Positions 18,601 to 26,986 of a stretch of DNA of 64,000 nt are shown piece by piece. The stretch lies in the sequence record MG770228.1; one strand, 5' to 3'. Position numbers and translations under genes: made by a program. How positions within the stretch are numbered: the first letter of the stretch is position 1; every line of letters starts with the position of its first letter. Under the pieces are notes generated by a model. The model was not told the origin of the DNA. It did not search any database and was given only the letters and a program-made list of their open reading frames with translations. The stretch comes from Escherichia phage PMBT57.

Positions 18601-20146
18601 GTGCTTGAGCCATAGCTTCTTGTGCTGCCTGTGCAACATAGTCATCAGCAACAGGAGATGCTTCTTCATTCTGCTTCATAACCCGTTCACCACGAGCTAC
18701 CAAAGTGTTCTTAATAGGAGAAACAACCTTACCTGCTACACTACCAGCAGCTTTAACACCAGCCATTGTGGTACGCAATACAGGAGCAGTTGCAGCACCT
18801 GCTAAACGAGCAGCACCAGCCGGAGCCTGTACAACACCAGCAGAACCAAAGCCATAAAGAGCACCTAAACCAGCTTGTGTACCGACACCTTTAAGCAGGT
18901 CTTGGTTCTTATCAATGTTTTGTTGCTGTGCAATATTCTGAGCCAGTTGGCCTGTAGCACCCTGAACACCTTCTTCCACTGTTTCACGGGCAAGGTTCAT
19001 ACCTACAGCACCTAAAGAACCAGCACGGAAAGGAGCCATCTCAAAACGAGATACTAGAGGACCAGTTGCAGCAGCAATAGGTAATTGAATAGCAGCAGCA
19101 GTAAGACCAGTTTCAGATGCAGTTTGACGACGAGCCTGTTCAGGGGACATACCATCTTTAATATGTTGCTGATAAACAGGAGACTTCTCTAAGTCTTTAA
19201 GACTCATCTTCATAATTTCGTCAGCAGTTTGTTGGTATGCACCACCAGCTTCCATTGCACCAACACCAATCATACCTGGTGCAGCTCTGCCTACAGTAGA
19301 GGCAATACGAGCCAGTGACTGAGTACCAGTACCTGCATCAATAGCACCAGCCAATGCAGCACTACGAAGAGTATTTACTGGAACAACTGCTTTACCCAGT
19401 AAAGATGCACCCCTTAATACAGGACCAGCACCTAATAGAGAACCTACCCCTTCCGCTAACCCATCAGAAATAATAGAGTCAGTTTGAGCAGCGTTCTCAA
19501 TTGAACCTACAAAATCACGTCCAAATTTAGATAAGGAAGCTACTATGTCATTAGTGCCTTCTTTCTTATCTGTTTGATACTGACGTTCACTCTCTACTTC
19601 ACTCATTAAATTACGAGCAGCAAAGAGCTTACGTTTATCTTGTAATGCTTGGCTTTGGGTAGCATGGACAGCATCATTAAACTTACTCAATTGTTGGGCA
19701 ATGACAGCACCTGCATCATCGTTGAGTAAGCCTGCCCCAAGAGCACCAATGCCCCCAAGGGTATTAACAAAACCAAGACCAACACCAGTAGCAATATCCC
19801 CCAGTTCTTCCCCAGGAGTTCTTGTAGTAACTGAATCATTAAATACCTGGTTCCCTGCATCAGCACGAGCGTTGATAAGTTGTAAGCCTTGCTCAACCCC
19901 ATACTTATTCATGATTTGCATTGGAGTCAGATTCATGAAATCTGATTGCACTGTCCCTGGTTCAAATGCATTAGCCCCAACATTACCAGTACGGGCAGCT
20001 TGCATTTGATAAGCAGCATCAGGAGAAACAAGAGGAGTAGTGACACCTTGTTCAGCTTTCTTCTGGGCGGTTGCAGTAGAGACGTCAACTTGCTTTGCAT
20101 TGGTTACGCTGTCTGCGAACCCAGCCAGTCTATCAAATACTGACAT
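9644..20146 (-). CDS. gp50: virion-encapsidated RNA polymerase (vRNAP), 3,500 aa
   Basis: Giant ORF. I place the start at the second in-frame ATG (MSVFDRLAG), which has an AGGAAA RBS 8 nt upstream and gives 3,500 aa as in N4. The central region carries T7-like motifs: A (YVEADGVTNGPINA), B (KRGIAKNPLTITIYGSG) and C (LKIFDGMNIG). Confidence 0.95.
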   Translation of the reverse strand: MSVFDRLAGFADSVTNAKQVDVSTATAQKKAEQGVTTPLVSPDAAYQMQAARTGNVGANAFEPGTVQSDFMNLTPMQIMNKYGVEQGLQLINARADAGNQVFNDSVTTRTPGEELGDIATGVGLGFVNTLGGIGALGAGLLNDDAGAVIAQQLSKFNDAVHATQSQALQDKRKLFAARNLMSEVESERQYQTDKKEGTNDIVASLSKFGRDFVGSIENAAQTDSIISDGLAEGVGSLLGAGPVLRGASLLGKAVVPVNTLRSAALAGAIDAGTGTQSLARIASTVGRAAPGMIGVGAMEAGGAYQQTADEIMKMSLKDLEKSPVYQQHIKDGMSPEQARRQTASETGLTAAAIQLPIAAATGPLVSRFEMAPFRAGSLGAVGMNLARETVEEGVQGATGQLAQNIAQQQNIDKNQDLLKGVGTQAGLGALYGFGSAGVVQAPAGAARLAGAATAPVLRTTMAGVKAAGSVAGKVVSPIKNTLVARGERVMKQNEEASPVADDYVAQAAQEAMAQAPEAEVTIRDAVEATDATPEQKVAAHQYVSDLMNATRFNPENYQEAPEHIRNAVAGSTDQVQVIQKLADLVNTLDESNPQALMEAASYMYDAVSEFEQFINRDPAALDSIPKDSPAIELLNRYTNLTANIQNTPKVIGALNVINRMINESAQNGSLDVTEESSPQEMQNVALAAEVAPEKLNPESVNVVLKHAADGRIKLNNRQIAALQNAAAILKGAREYDAEAARLGLRPQDIVSKQIKTDESRTQEGQYSALQHANRIRSAYNSGNFELASAYLNDFMQFAQHMQNKVGALNEHLVTGNADKNKSVHYQALTADREWVRSRTGLGVNPYDTKSVKFAQQVALEAKTVADIANALASAYPELKVSHIKVTPLDSRLNAPAAEVVKAFRQGNRDVASSQQKADSVNQVKETPVTKQEPVTSTVQTKTPVSEPVKTEPTTKESRPQAIKEPVSQSEKQDATLTNEDTIEQPTESVKETETSVKERTVTEELREGIDAVYPSLVGTADSKAEGIKNYFKLSFTLLEEQKSRTVGSEAPLKEVAQALSSRARYELFTEKEVANPAFNGEVIKRYKELMEHGEGIADILRSRLAKFLNTKDVGKRFAQGTEANRWVGGKLLNIVEQDGDTFKYNEQLLQTAVLAGLQWRLTATSNTAIKDAKDVAAITGIDQALLPEGLVEQFDTGMTLTEAVSSLAQKIESYWGLSRNPNAPLGYTKGIPTAMAAEILAAFVESTDVVENIVDMSEIDPDNKKTIGLYTITELDSFDPINSFPTAIEEAVLVNPTEKMFFGNDIPPVANTQLRNPAVRNTPEQKAALKAEQATEFYVHTPMVQFYETLGKDRILELMGAGTLNKELLNDNHAKSLEGKNRSVEDSYNQLFSVIEQVRAQSEDISTVPIHYAYNMTRVGRMQMLGKYNPQSAKLVREAILPTKATLDLSNQNNEDFSAFQLGLAQALDIKVHTMTREVMSDELTKLLEGNLKPAIDMMVEFNTTGSLPENAVDVLNTALGDRKSFVALMALMEYSRYLVAEDKSAFVTPLYVEADGVTNGPINAMMLMTGGLFTPDWIRNIAKGGLFIGSPNKTMNEHRSTADNNDLYQASTNALMESLGKLRSNYASNMPIQSQIDSLLSLMDLFLPDINLGENGALELKRGIAKNPLTITIYGSGARGIAGKLVSSVTDAIYERMSDVLKARAKDPNISAAMAMFGKQAASEAHAEELLARFLKDMETLTSTVPVKRKGVLELQSTGAGAKGKINPKTYTIKGEQLKALQENMLHFFVEPLRNGITQTVGESLVYSTEQLQKATQIQSVVLEDMFKQRVQEKLTEKAKDPTWKKGDFLTQKELNDIQASLNNLAPMIETGSQTFYIAGSENAEVANQVLATNLDDRMRVPMSIYAPAQAGVAGIPFMTIGTGDGMMMQTLSTMKGAPKNTLKIFDGMNIGLNDITDASRKANEAVYTSWQGNPIKNVYESYAKFMKNVDFSKLSPEALEAIGKSALEYDQRENATVDDIANAASLIERNLRNIALGVDIRHKVLDKVNLSIDQMAAVGAPYQNNGKIDLSNMTPEQQADELNKLFREELEARKQKVAKAKAEVKEETVSEKEPVNPDFGMVGCEHKASGVRILSATAIRNLAKISNLPSTQAATLAEIQKSLAAKDYKIIYGTPTQVAEYARQKNVTELTSQEMEEAQAGNIYGWTNFDDKTIYLVSPSMETLIHELVHASTFEEVYSFYQGNEVSPTSKQAIENLEGLMEQFRSLDISKDSPEMREAYADAIATIEGHLSNGFVDPAISKAAALNEFMAWGLANRALAAKQKRTSSLVQMVKDVYQAIKKLIWGRKQAPALGEDMFSNLLFNSAILMRSQPTTQAVAKDGTLFHSKAYGNNERLSQLNQTFDKLVTDYLRTDPVTEVERRGNVANALMSATRLVRDVQSRGFNMTAQEQSVFQMVTAALATEAAIDPHAMARAQELYTHVMKHLTVEHFMADPDSTNPADRYYAQQKYDTISGANLVEVDAKGRTSLLPTFLGLAMVNEELRSIIKEMPVPKADKKLGNDVDTLLTNAGTQVMESLNRRMAGDQKATNVQDSIDALSETIMAAALKRESFYDAVATPTGNFIDRANQYVTDSIERLSETVIEKADKVIANPSNVAAKGVAHLAKLTAAIASEKQGEIVAQGVMTAMNQGKVWQPFHDLVNDIVGRTKTNANVYDLIKLVKSQISQDRQQFREHLPTVIAGKFSRKLTDTEWSAMHTGLGKTDLAVLRETMSMAEIRDLLSSSKKVKDEISTLEKEIQNQAGRNWNLVQKKSKQLAQYMITGEVGNNLLRNAHAISRLLGERITNSPVADVAAIDKLTTLYSLELMNKSDRDLLSELAQSEVEGMEFSIAYMVGQRTEEMRKAKGDNRTLLNHFKGYIPVENQQGVNLIIADDKEFAKLNSQSFTRIGTYQGSTGFRTGSKGYYFSPVAARAPYSQGILQNVRNTAGGVDIGTGFTLGTMVAGRITDKPTVERITKALAKGERGREPLMPIYNSKGQVVAYEQSVDPNMLKHLNQDNHFAKMVGVWRGRQVEEAKAQRFNDILIEQLHAMYEKDIKDSSANKSQYVNLLGKIDDPVLADAINLMNIETRRKAEELFGKDELWVRRDMLNDALGYRAASIGDVWTGNSRWSPSTLDTVKKMFLGAFGNKAYHVVMNAENTIQNLVKDAKTVIVVKSVVVPAVNFLANIYQMIGRGVPVKDIAVNIPRKASEINQYIKSRLRQIDAEAELRAAEGNPNLVRKLKTEIQSITDSHRRMSIWPLIEAGEFSSIADAGISRDDLLVAEGKIYEYMEKLANKLPEKVRNAGRYALIAKDTALFQGIQKTVEYSDFIAKAIIYDDLVKRKKKSSSEALGQVTEEFVNYDRLPGRFRGYMESVGLMWFYNFKIRSIKVAMSMIRNNPVHSLIATVVPAPAMFGNVGLPIQDNMLTMLAEGRLDYSLGFGQGLRAPTLNPWFNLTH

Positions 20147-20204
20147 AGTAGGTTTCCTATACAAACTTATATCTATTAGAAATCACACTATACCTAGTGT
20201 AAGG

Positions 20205-20235
20205 ACGAGAAAAAAGCCCCGAAGGGCTTTTGTAT
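20205..20235 (-). terminator. intrinsic terminator after gp51 (minus strand)
   Basis: The minus strand reads ACAAAAGCCC-TTCG-GGGCTTTTTT, a GC stem with a UUCG loop and a T6 run. Confidence 0.7.
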
Positions 20236-20246
20236 TATGGTAGAAA

Positions 20247-22181
20247 TTAACGAGGAAATATATCAGGGATACCCAATCGACGCCCGGCATCTCTGCCTAA
20301 ACTTCTCCGGTTTGCCTCGCTCTCTTCCTGTTTAATATTTTGTAGGCTCTTAATATCCAAATTCTGAGGGTCAGCAGCTACAGCACTACGAGCACCATCA
20401 AGAAGACGTTTAGCAGTGTTAACTCGCTCCTGATAGCGAGGTAGTACACTTCTAAGGTTTTCCTGACCGGTTTGAATACGACGCTGTACTTCACGTAAAT
20501 CAGCAAGTGCAGTATCTAACGTATTCTGTGCTGCATAGATGTTTGATTGAATTTGAGCAGTAAGCTGATTACGGGCATTCTGTTCAATAGCAGTACCGGT
20601 AGTTGCAAGTTTTGCATTTGCTTCTACGGCTGCTTTATCCAGTTGGTAATCACCACCCAAATCAATAACATCAATATCAAAGGCATTTCGAATACCACTA
20701 AACCATCCCTCTGGTTTACCGGTGATACTACGTTGAATGATTGCTCCTGCCATAGCGGGAGAAATAGCATTCTGTTTTGCTACCTCATTGATTTGTCGAA
20801 CCAGTGCACCTTGGTTAATGCCTTTCAGTTCATTGCTATCAATAATACGTTTAGCCACCTGACCAGTCGTAGAAGGGTCAACAGTAGCAGCTTGGTATTC
20901 AGGCAGCAGAGTATTACCAATATTCTGCATATTACGAGTGCCAACAGTATTACCAGCAACAGAAGTGAATGCTTGTTCCTGTAATGGATTAATAGAATTA
21001 CCTGTTTCTGCTTGAGCAATGTAATCCTTCATTTCATCCCATGACAGGTTCTTATAAGCACCAGGGGTATCATCTGGTAAAGCAGCCCATGTACTCTTCA
21101 GATTACCATTCTTACGAGCATTAAAAATAGCTTCACCCAGTTTGTCTTGGTTCTCCGGAGACATAGGAATGTTCTGCCAATCTTCACCAAATACCTTTGG
21201 AGCAAAGTCTTTAAGGGTATCTTGGTTAATCTGGTATGCACCAACAGGAGAAGCACCTAGTGTCTTCTTCATAGTGTCTTGATGCTGAACCACCTCACCT
21301 AAGTTCATCTGAGTAATAGGTACATCAGTTGGTGTGAACTTATAGGTAGTGTCATATGCAGAACCATTCCGAGTACCCTGAGTACCAGGAGGAGATAGAG
21401 ATGCAGAACCAGTTCCCGGAGTATATGCACCTGGATATGCTCTATCTAACTGAGATAGTGCACGACTTACTGCTCCTGGTGACATTTGGTCGAACGTACC
21501 CTCTGCAAGCATACGAGCATCGTCAGCACTGTATGCACCACGACGAATATTATTCAGTAACTGCATAGCAGCCTGAGTATCCGCATCGTTACGCATATCA
21601 ACACCTAAGTCGAATAAGCTACGACGTTGACCAATACCAGCAGTACCCTGTCCTTGAAGGTTGTTCATGTAGTCCATAACAACACCAGCAGGAAGGGTTT
21701 TTAATACATCCCCATACTGAGCCTGTGCTGCCTGAACCTTTCTTGGGTCACCAGATTGATAAGCCAGAGCCAATTCCTGTAATGCAGGGGCAGCAGCATC
21801 AGTAGCTGCATTTACCTTCATGGTTCTGTCATTACTGTATCGAGTGAAATCCAGATTTTGTTGTTTAGATGCTTGGTCTAACAGATTGCCAGCACGATTA
21901 TCTAAGTTCTCCATAGTACGAGAAGAAATTAGAGAAGGGTCATAGCCAGCAAATAATGCTCCAGAAGCTAAGGCATTACGATACTCATTAGGGTCTTGGT
22001 AACGCATGGCTTCAGCCATAATTGCATCACCAGCTTGCTGTCTTGCAGAGTTTCGAAAATCACCTAATGCATTACTCAATCCGGCAGTGGCATTACCCAG
22101 CATATTGGAGAAAGTACGAATACTATCCCCAACACCAGAGAAAGAAGGAGCATCAACATTACGCCATGTAATTTGAGCCAT
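20247..22181 (-). CDS. virion protein with an internal lambda-R/GH104-like lytic transglycosylase segment (N4 gp51 position)
   Basis: 644 aa with an AAGAGG RBS. Residues ~290-380 (ITQMNLGEVV...GAYQINQDTLKDFAPKVFG...SPENQDKLGEAIF...WAALPDDTPGAY) parallel lambda R (GAGRYQLL...LKDFSPKSQDAVA...WASLPGAGYGQ). Confidence 0.75.
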   Translation of the reverse strand: MAQITWRNVDAPSFSGVGDSIRTFSNMLGNATAGLSNALGDFRNSARQQAGDAIMAEAMRYQDPNEYRNALASGALFAGYDPSLISSRTMENLDNRAGNLLDQASKQQNLDFTRYSNDRTMKVNAATDAAAPALQELALAYQSGDPRKVQAAQAQYGDVLKTLPAGVVMDYMNNLQGQGTAGIGQRRSLFDLGVDMRNDADTQAAMQLLNNIRRGAYSADDARMLAEGTFDQMSPGAVSRALSQLDRAYPGAYTPGTGSASLSPPGTQGTRNGSAYDTTYKFTPTDVPITQMNLGEVVQHQDTMKKTLGASPVGAYQINQDTLKDFAPKVFGEDWQNIPMSPENQDKLGEAIFNARKNGNLKSTWAALPDDTPGAYKNLSWDEMKDYIAQAETGNSINPLQEQAFTSVAGNTVGTRNMQNIGNTLLPEYQAATVDPSTTGQVAKRIIDSNELKGINQGALVRQINEVAKQNAISPAMAGAIIQRSITGKPEGWFSGIRNAFDIDVIDLGGDYQLDKAAVEANAKLATTGTAIEQNARNQLTAQIQSNIYAAQNTLDTALADLREVQRRIQTGQENLRSVLPRYQERVNTAKRLLDGARSAVAADPQNLDIKSLQNIKQEESEANRRSLGRDAGRRLGIPDIFPR

Positions 22182-22191
22182 GTGATACCTC

Positions 22192-22644
22192 TTAACGAGT
22201 TAAGCGATTAGCTGCAATGTAAGCATCAGCCGTAGATTGGTCACGATTTTCTGCAACAGCACGACTACGAGCACGGTCTTCCAGAGCAGTGTTATAGGAC
22301 TTAATCTGGTTATTCAGATTAGTGTTAGTAACATCTTTAGCAAAAGAGAACTGATTCTTAGCTAACTTGTTAGCCTGTAATGCACCATAGATATTACCCA
22401 GTGCATTAAGACCACCTAACCCCAACTGGAAGGTAGGAATGTTCAGACCCAGTTGGTCAGTAAGCCCTTGAGTCTGTCCACCGGTATTCCCTGTAGCACC
22501 ACCAGTAATGTTCTGAAGCCAGTCATTACTAAGGATGCCGGATTGCATAGGGTTATAGTTCATGGTTGGGGTATTAAAGGAACCATATCCATAGCCAAAA
22601 TTGCTTTGTGCAGATGGGGTTCCAAAAAGGAAATTAGTATCCAT
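22192..22644 (-). CDS. virion protein (N4 gp52 position), Gly/Asn/Gln-rich
   Basis: 150 aa with an AGGAGA RBS; within the late structural operon. Confidence 0.75.
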   Translation of the reverse strand: MDTNFLFGTPSAQSNFGYGYGSFNTPTMNYNPMQSGILSNDWLQNITGGATGNTGGQTQGLTDQLGLNIPTFQLGLGGLNALGNIYGALQANKLAKNQFSFAKDVTNTNLNNQIKSYNTALEDRARSRAVAENRDQSTADAYIAANRLTR

Positions 22645-22657
22645 AAGGATTCTCCTG

Positions 22658-25315
22658 TTACGTATCTAAATCAAGCTGCAACGTTATATCTGCAAAGTTG
22701 GTAATCATGTTGTTAGACATATCAGCTATATCATGACCAGTCATAAGAGTACGGCTAAGGAATGAATCCAGTGGTTCAAATTGTTGGCCTACATTAGTTA
22801 GGTTCATTGGGTCAATGTAACCCATGCCCTCAGTGCCAAACATTTCCTCGTACTTTTCCTGAATGGTTTTCATCTGGTCACGGTACTCTGCCATAAGTTT
22901 CTCTGTCTTTTTGACAGTTTCCATAGCAGAAGCATTGATGTAATCACTTATGCCATTTCCTACAGATGAAGTGAGTTTAATGATGTTGTCTGCTTTCATC
23001 ATTTCACCCAGCATCGTAGACATGGATGAACCAGTGGATAAAGCTGTGCCGACATTCATGGCTACCATAGAGGCAATAGTAGCAACAATGATTCCAATCT
23101 TATCCCCAAGCAGACTAACAGAGACTGTTTGAATAATGGACATCAGAATCATAGCTGCAATGGCATTAGCCACAGCCCCAACGATAATAGCAGCTAACCC
23201 TGCAAAACCTAATGCAGCACCAATAGAAGCAGCAGTACCCATTACCCCAGCACCAGCAGCAGGGGTAAAGAACACAGACACCACTACTGCAACAACAACC
23301 ACTACTACTTTAAAGATGCCAGACTGATACCATTTCTTCTTAACTTTCTTATATGAGTTAAGAACCAGATAACAACATGCTGTAGATAACTGAGTACCAT
23401 TTACCAAAGACATACTACGGTAAATGTTGTTATGAAGAGGGATGATAAATCCAGACTCTTCATCATCATTTAGTGCATCTACACCAGAAATGCTTACAGA
23501 TTTATTCTTGTAAACATTATTGTTATGGTTCAGGCCATAGACAGAAATCTTCCTCCATGAGTTATCCCCATCCTGCCAATACATTGTTATCTTATCTAGC
23601 CTGTAGATAGTAAACCCAACTTTGTCATTACCCTTTTCAGAGTACATAACAGCTTTCTGCATAAGGACTACAGTACCTTCATAAGCAAACTTGAGCTGCC
23701 CTTTCTTGGCTCCAGAGAATGCTTTACCTGAACCAACGGACTCTTCAATGAAGTTCCAACTAATAGTCATGTTGTAATGGTATCCACCGTTAGAACGGAT
23801 ATTAATGGATTTAGAAGGTATTGTTGGGTATACGGGTCTTTTAGGGGGCTTCCCTATGGGAATATCCCTATTACCACTACGAGATTCCCACCATTCCTGG
23901 TAAGCATCAAAGTCCCTGTTAGCCTGAGCAAAGCCTTCTACCAAAGCATCCATAGTTGGGTAGTTTGGGTCAGCAGGCATTGACTGATTCACTAACTGGA
24001 AGAATCTGTAGATGTACTCTTTAGCTGTATTTTCAGGACTATTAAGAGAACAACCAAATACAGCATAGATATACTGAATATCACCAATATCTTTGTTCTT
24101 CTTTAGGTCATCCATAATGTCAGAAATCTTACCCCCTGTAGCCTTCTTAAAGGCTTTCTTACAAAGAGTATATGTAGAACCAGAAATCCAGTTCTTATCA
24201 CTACGGATAGGGATGAATGAATAGAATCTGTTATTGGTTGTCTTATTAATAAACAGGGCATCAAGGACGGCATTACCACTGTTCTGTTTATAAATAAACA
24301 GTTGAGGCATACCACCAGCAGACATAGTAGTAACTACATCTGTATTCTGATAAGACCATGTATAACCTAAAGTATCTGTAGTTACTGTAGTAGTTCTGGT
24401 TTCAGTAACCCCACCACCTAAATCAATAACTTCAGTGTTTGTAGTGGAACCAGTGGATACAGTGCCAGTCTGTACCTGGGTCATTGTAGTCTTACGAATA
24501 ATGATTAAGCCTACTTCACTTGGTTCACGAAATTCTTTCTCGTAAACATCTGAGAAGTTAGTCCAACTAACCTGTTCTTCTTCAGTATTGGTACTTTCCT
24601 CATCAGGTCTGCCATCAGAGAATACACTCTTAATATGAGTAACTGTCTTCAGGGTAGCTGACTTAGGAGTATGGTTCTGAGATACCTGAGTCCATTCAGA
24701 AGTAGAAGGTAAGTCATCAGCAGATGATACAGATACAGCAGGGTGAACCACTGGGTCTGCAACACTAGTAGGCTGTATGTAGTAATAGTTCACATACAGA
24801 TACATTGCATCCTGACTGAAATTCTCTGGGTAAAAGGATAACTCACTACCATCAGTAGCAGTGAGTACAATCCTGTCATCATCCATGATGTCTATTTCAA
24901 ACTCTTCAGTAATACGGTCTGGATAATTCTCATAGAGGAATTTATCAGCCCATTCCTCAAAATCACCAAATCCAATCCTACTGCTCTGAACCTGTACCTC
25001 ATAACCTGCTTTTTGAGGAACTTGCCATTTAACTACTTCAGGGTCTATCTGAGACAGTATTGACAAGTTCCCGTAAGCAATACCAATTGAAGGGTCATAG
25101 TTAGTTGCAGCCCAACCAGGGAATCTACGTAAACGAATGCCAGGTCCATTTAAATAAGAGTCAGTGATGGTATCACCCATACTAAAGTCAGATTTACTGA
25201 CGATGTTACCAATCACCGTAGTCTTTAAATAATTTGGACGTTTATGTATATCCCCTGCCAAATTGTAGACAGAGGATGCTACGTAGATTTTAGTCTTACT
25301 GCTAAATAGTCCCAT
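22658..25315 (-). CDS. large virion protein with a C-terminal multi-TM cluster (N4 gp53 position)
   Basis: 885 aa. The C-terminal third contains 3-4 consecutive hydrophobic helices (FKVVVVVVAVVVSVFF, VMGTAASIGAALGFAGLAAIIVGAVANAIAAMILMSII, IGIIVATIASMVAMNVG). Confidence 0.8.
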   Translation of the reverse strand: MGLFSSKTKIYVASSVYNLAGDIHKRPNYLKTTVIGNIVSKSDFSMGDTITDSYLNGPGIRLRRFPGWAATNYDPSIGIAYGNLSILSQIDPEVVKWQVPQKAGYEVQVQSSRIGFGDFEEWADKFLYENYPDRITEEFEIDIMDDDRIVLTATDGSELSFYPENFSQDAMYLYVNYYYIQPTSVADPVVHPAVSVSSADDLPSTSEWTQVSQNHTPKSATLKTVTHIKSVFSDGRPDEESTNTEEEQVSWTNFSDVYEKEFREPSEVGLIIIRKTTMTQVQTGTVSTGSTTNTEVIDLGGGVTETRTTTVTTDTLGYTWSYQNTDVVTTMSAGGMPQLFIYKQNSGNAVLDALFINKTTNNRFYSFIPIRSDKNWISGSTYTLCKKAFKKATGGKISDIMDDLKKNKDIGDIQYIYAVFGCSLNSPENTAKEYIYRFFQLVNQSMPADPNYPTMDALVEGFAQANRDFDAYQEWWESRSGNRDIPIGKPPKRPVYPTIPSKSINIRSNGGYHYNMTISWNFIEESVGSGKAFSGAKKGQLKFAYEGTVVLMQKAVMYSEKGNDKVGFTIYRLDKITMYWQDGDNSWRKISVYGLNHNNNVYKNKSVSISGVDALNDDEESGFIIPLHNNIYRSMSLVNGTQLSTACCYLVLNSYKKVKKKWYQSGIFKVVVVVVAVVVSVFFTPAAGAGVMGTAASIGAALGFAGLAAIIVGAVANAIAAMILMSIIQTVSVSLLGDKIGIIVATIASMVAMNVGTALSTGSSMSTMLGEMMKADNIIKLTSSVGNGISDYINASAMETVKKTEKLMAEYRDQMKTIQEKYEEMFGTEGMGYIDPMNLTNVGQQFEPLDSFLSRTLMTGHDIADMSNNMITNFADITLQLDLDT

Positions 25316-25318
25316 GTA

Positions 25319-26227
<909 letters not shown>

Positions 26228-26239
26228 TCATTGGTTCAT

Positions 26240-26277
26240 TAAAAGAAAACGGCTCACGGTTTTACCCAGTGAGCCGT
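26240..26277 (-). terminator. intrinsic terminator after gp55 (minus strand)
   Basis: The minus strand reads ACGGCTCAC-TGGGTAAAACC-GTGAGCCGT followed by TTTCTTTTAAT. Confidence 0.6.
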
Positions 26278-26297
26278 GCTGACTTACAGATTAACTC

Positions 26298-26924
26298 TTA
26301 TTGAGAGTCTACGCTACCAGCAGCAATCTGAGCAGCAGCCAGAGTTTGCAATTCTTCCTTAGTCAGTGGAGGCAGAACTTCAATGGCAAACTCACGTACC
26401 CATGCAGACGTAATATTAGGCTGACCATTCTTACCTTTGGTAACTCGAATGTTCAGGAACTTACGTTCTTTGAGAAAGTTATAAATACAGTAAGGGATGT
26501 GATAGCCCTCATCAGTAGCTTCACCAAATGGAACGAATTTACGAACAGTACCAATATATTCGTTAGCTACTGTAATAATCTCACCAGGCAGGTCTTTCTT
26601 CTTAGGGTCAAGGTTCTGAATACGTACTCGAACCAGCTTTAATTGTTCTAAGCGTTGCTGGTGACGTAAAGAAGTTGCCGTAGTTACTGTACCTGTAGAC
26701 AGAGCCAGAGGATTAGGCTGAGGTTCTGCTGGTTCCTGAGCTTTATTTTCCTGTGCTGCTTCAATCTTCTTACGAAGAGTTTCAGCACTAATATTATTTG
26801 AGTATGAAATACCCATCATATTAGCTCGTTGTTTCAGCAGAGAAAGTTCATCAACCTTAACTTCATCAACGGTGTCATCGTTGCCCTGAGTTAAATCAGC
26901 GGTCGGTTTATCGTTAATGCTCAT
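26298..26924 (-). CDS. hypothetical late protein (N4 gp55 position)
   Basis: 208 aa, located between the capsid gene and the internal virion protein genes. Confidence 0.75.
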   Translation of the reverse strand: MSINDKPTADLTQGNDDTVDEVKVDELSLLKQRANMMGISYSNNISAETLRKKIEAAQENKAQEPAEPQPNPLALSTGTVTTATSLRHQQRLEQLKLVRVRIQNLDPKKKDLPGEIITVANEYIGTVRKFVPFGEATDEGYHIPYCIYNFLKERKFLNIRVTKGKNGQPNITSAWVREFAIEVLPPLTKEELQTLAAAQIAAGSVDSQ

Positions 26925-26944
26925 GTGTATATATCCTATTCATA

Positions 26945-26970
26945 AAGTAAGGGGAGGTTTCCCTCCCCCT
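26945..26970 (-). terminator. hairpin/attenuator after the major capsid gene (minus strand)
   Basis: The minus-strand GC-rich stem is AGGGGAGG-GAAA-CCTCCCCT (7 bp plus a bulge), followed by TACTTTATG. The T tract is weak. Confidence 0.45.
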
Positions 26971-26986
26971 GATGTTAGCCCAACTA

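Noticed and set aside
9815-20243. About a dozen plus-strand ORFs of 60-140 aa inside the vRNAP gene
   Set aside because: All are embedded antisense in a 10.5-kb gene with clear polymerase motifs. None has a convincing RBS or a recognisable motif.
23255-23335. Apparent simple-sequence DNA (ACAACAACAACCACTACTACT, poly-Val codons)
   Set aside because: It encodes the poly-Val/Ala transmembrane helix of the gp53-position protein. It is a compositional consequence of coding, not a repeat element.
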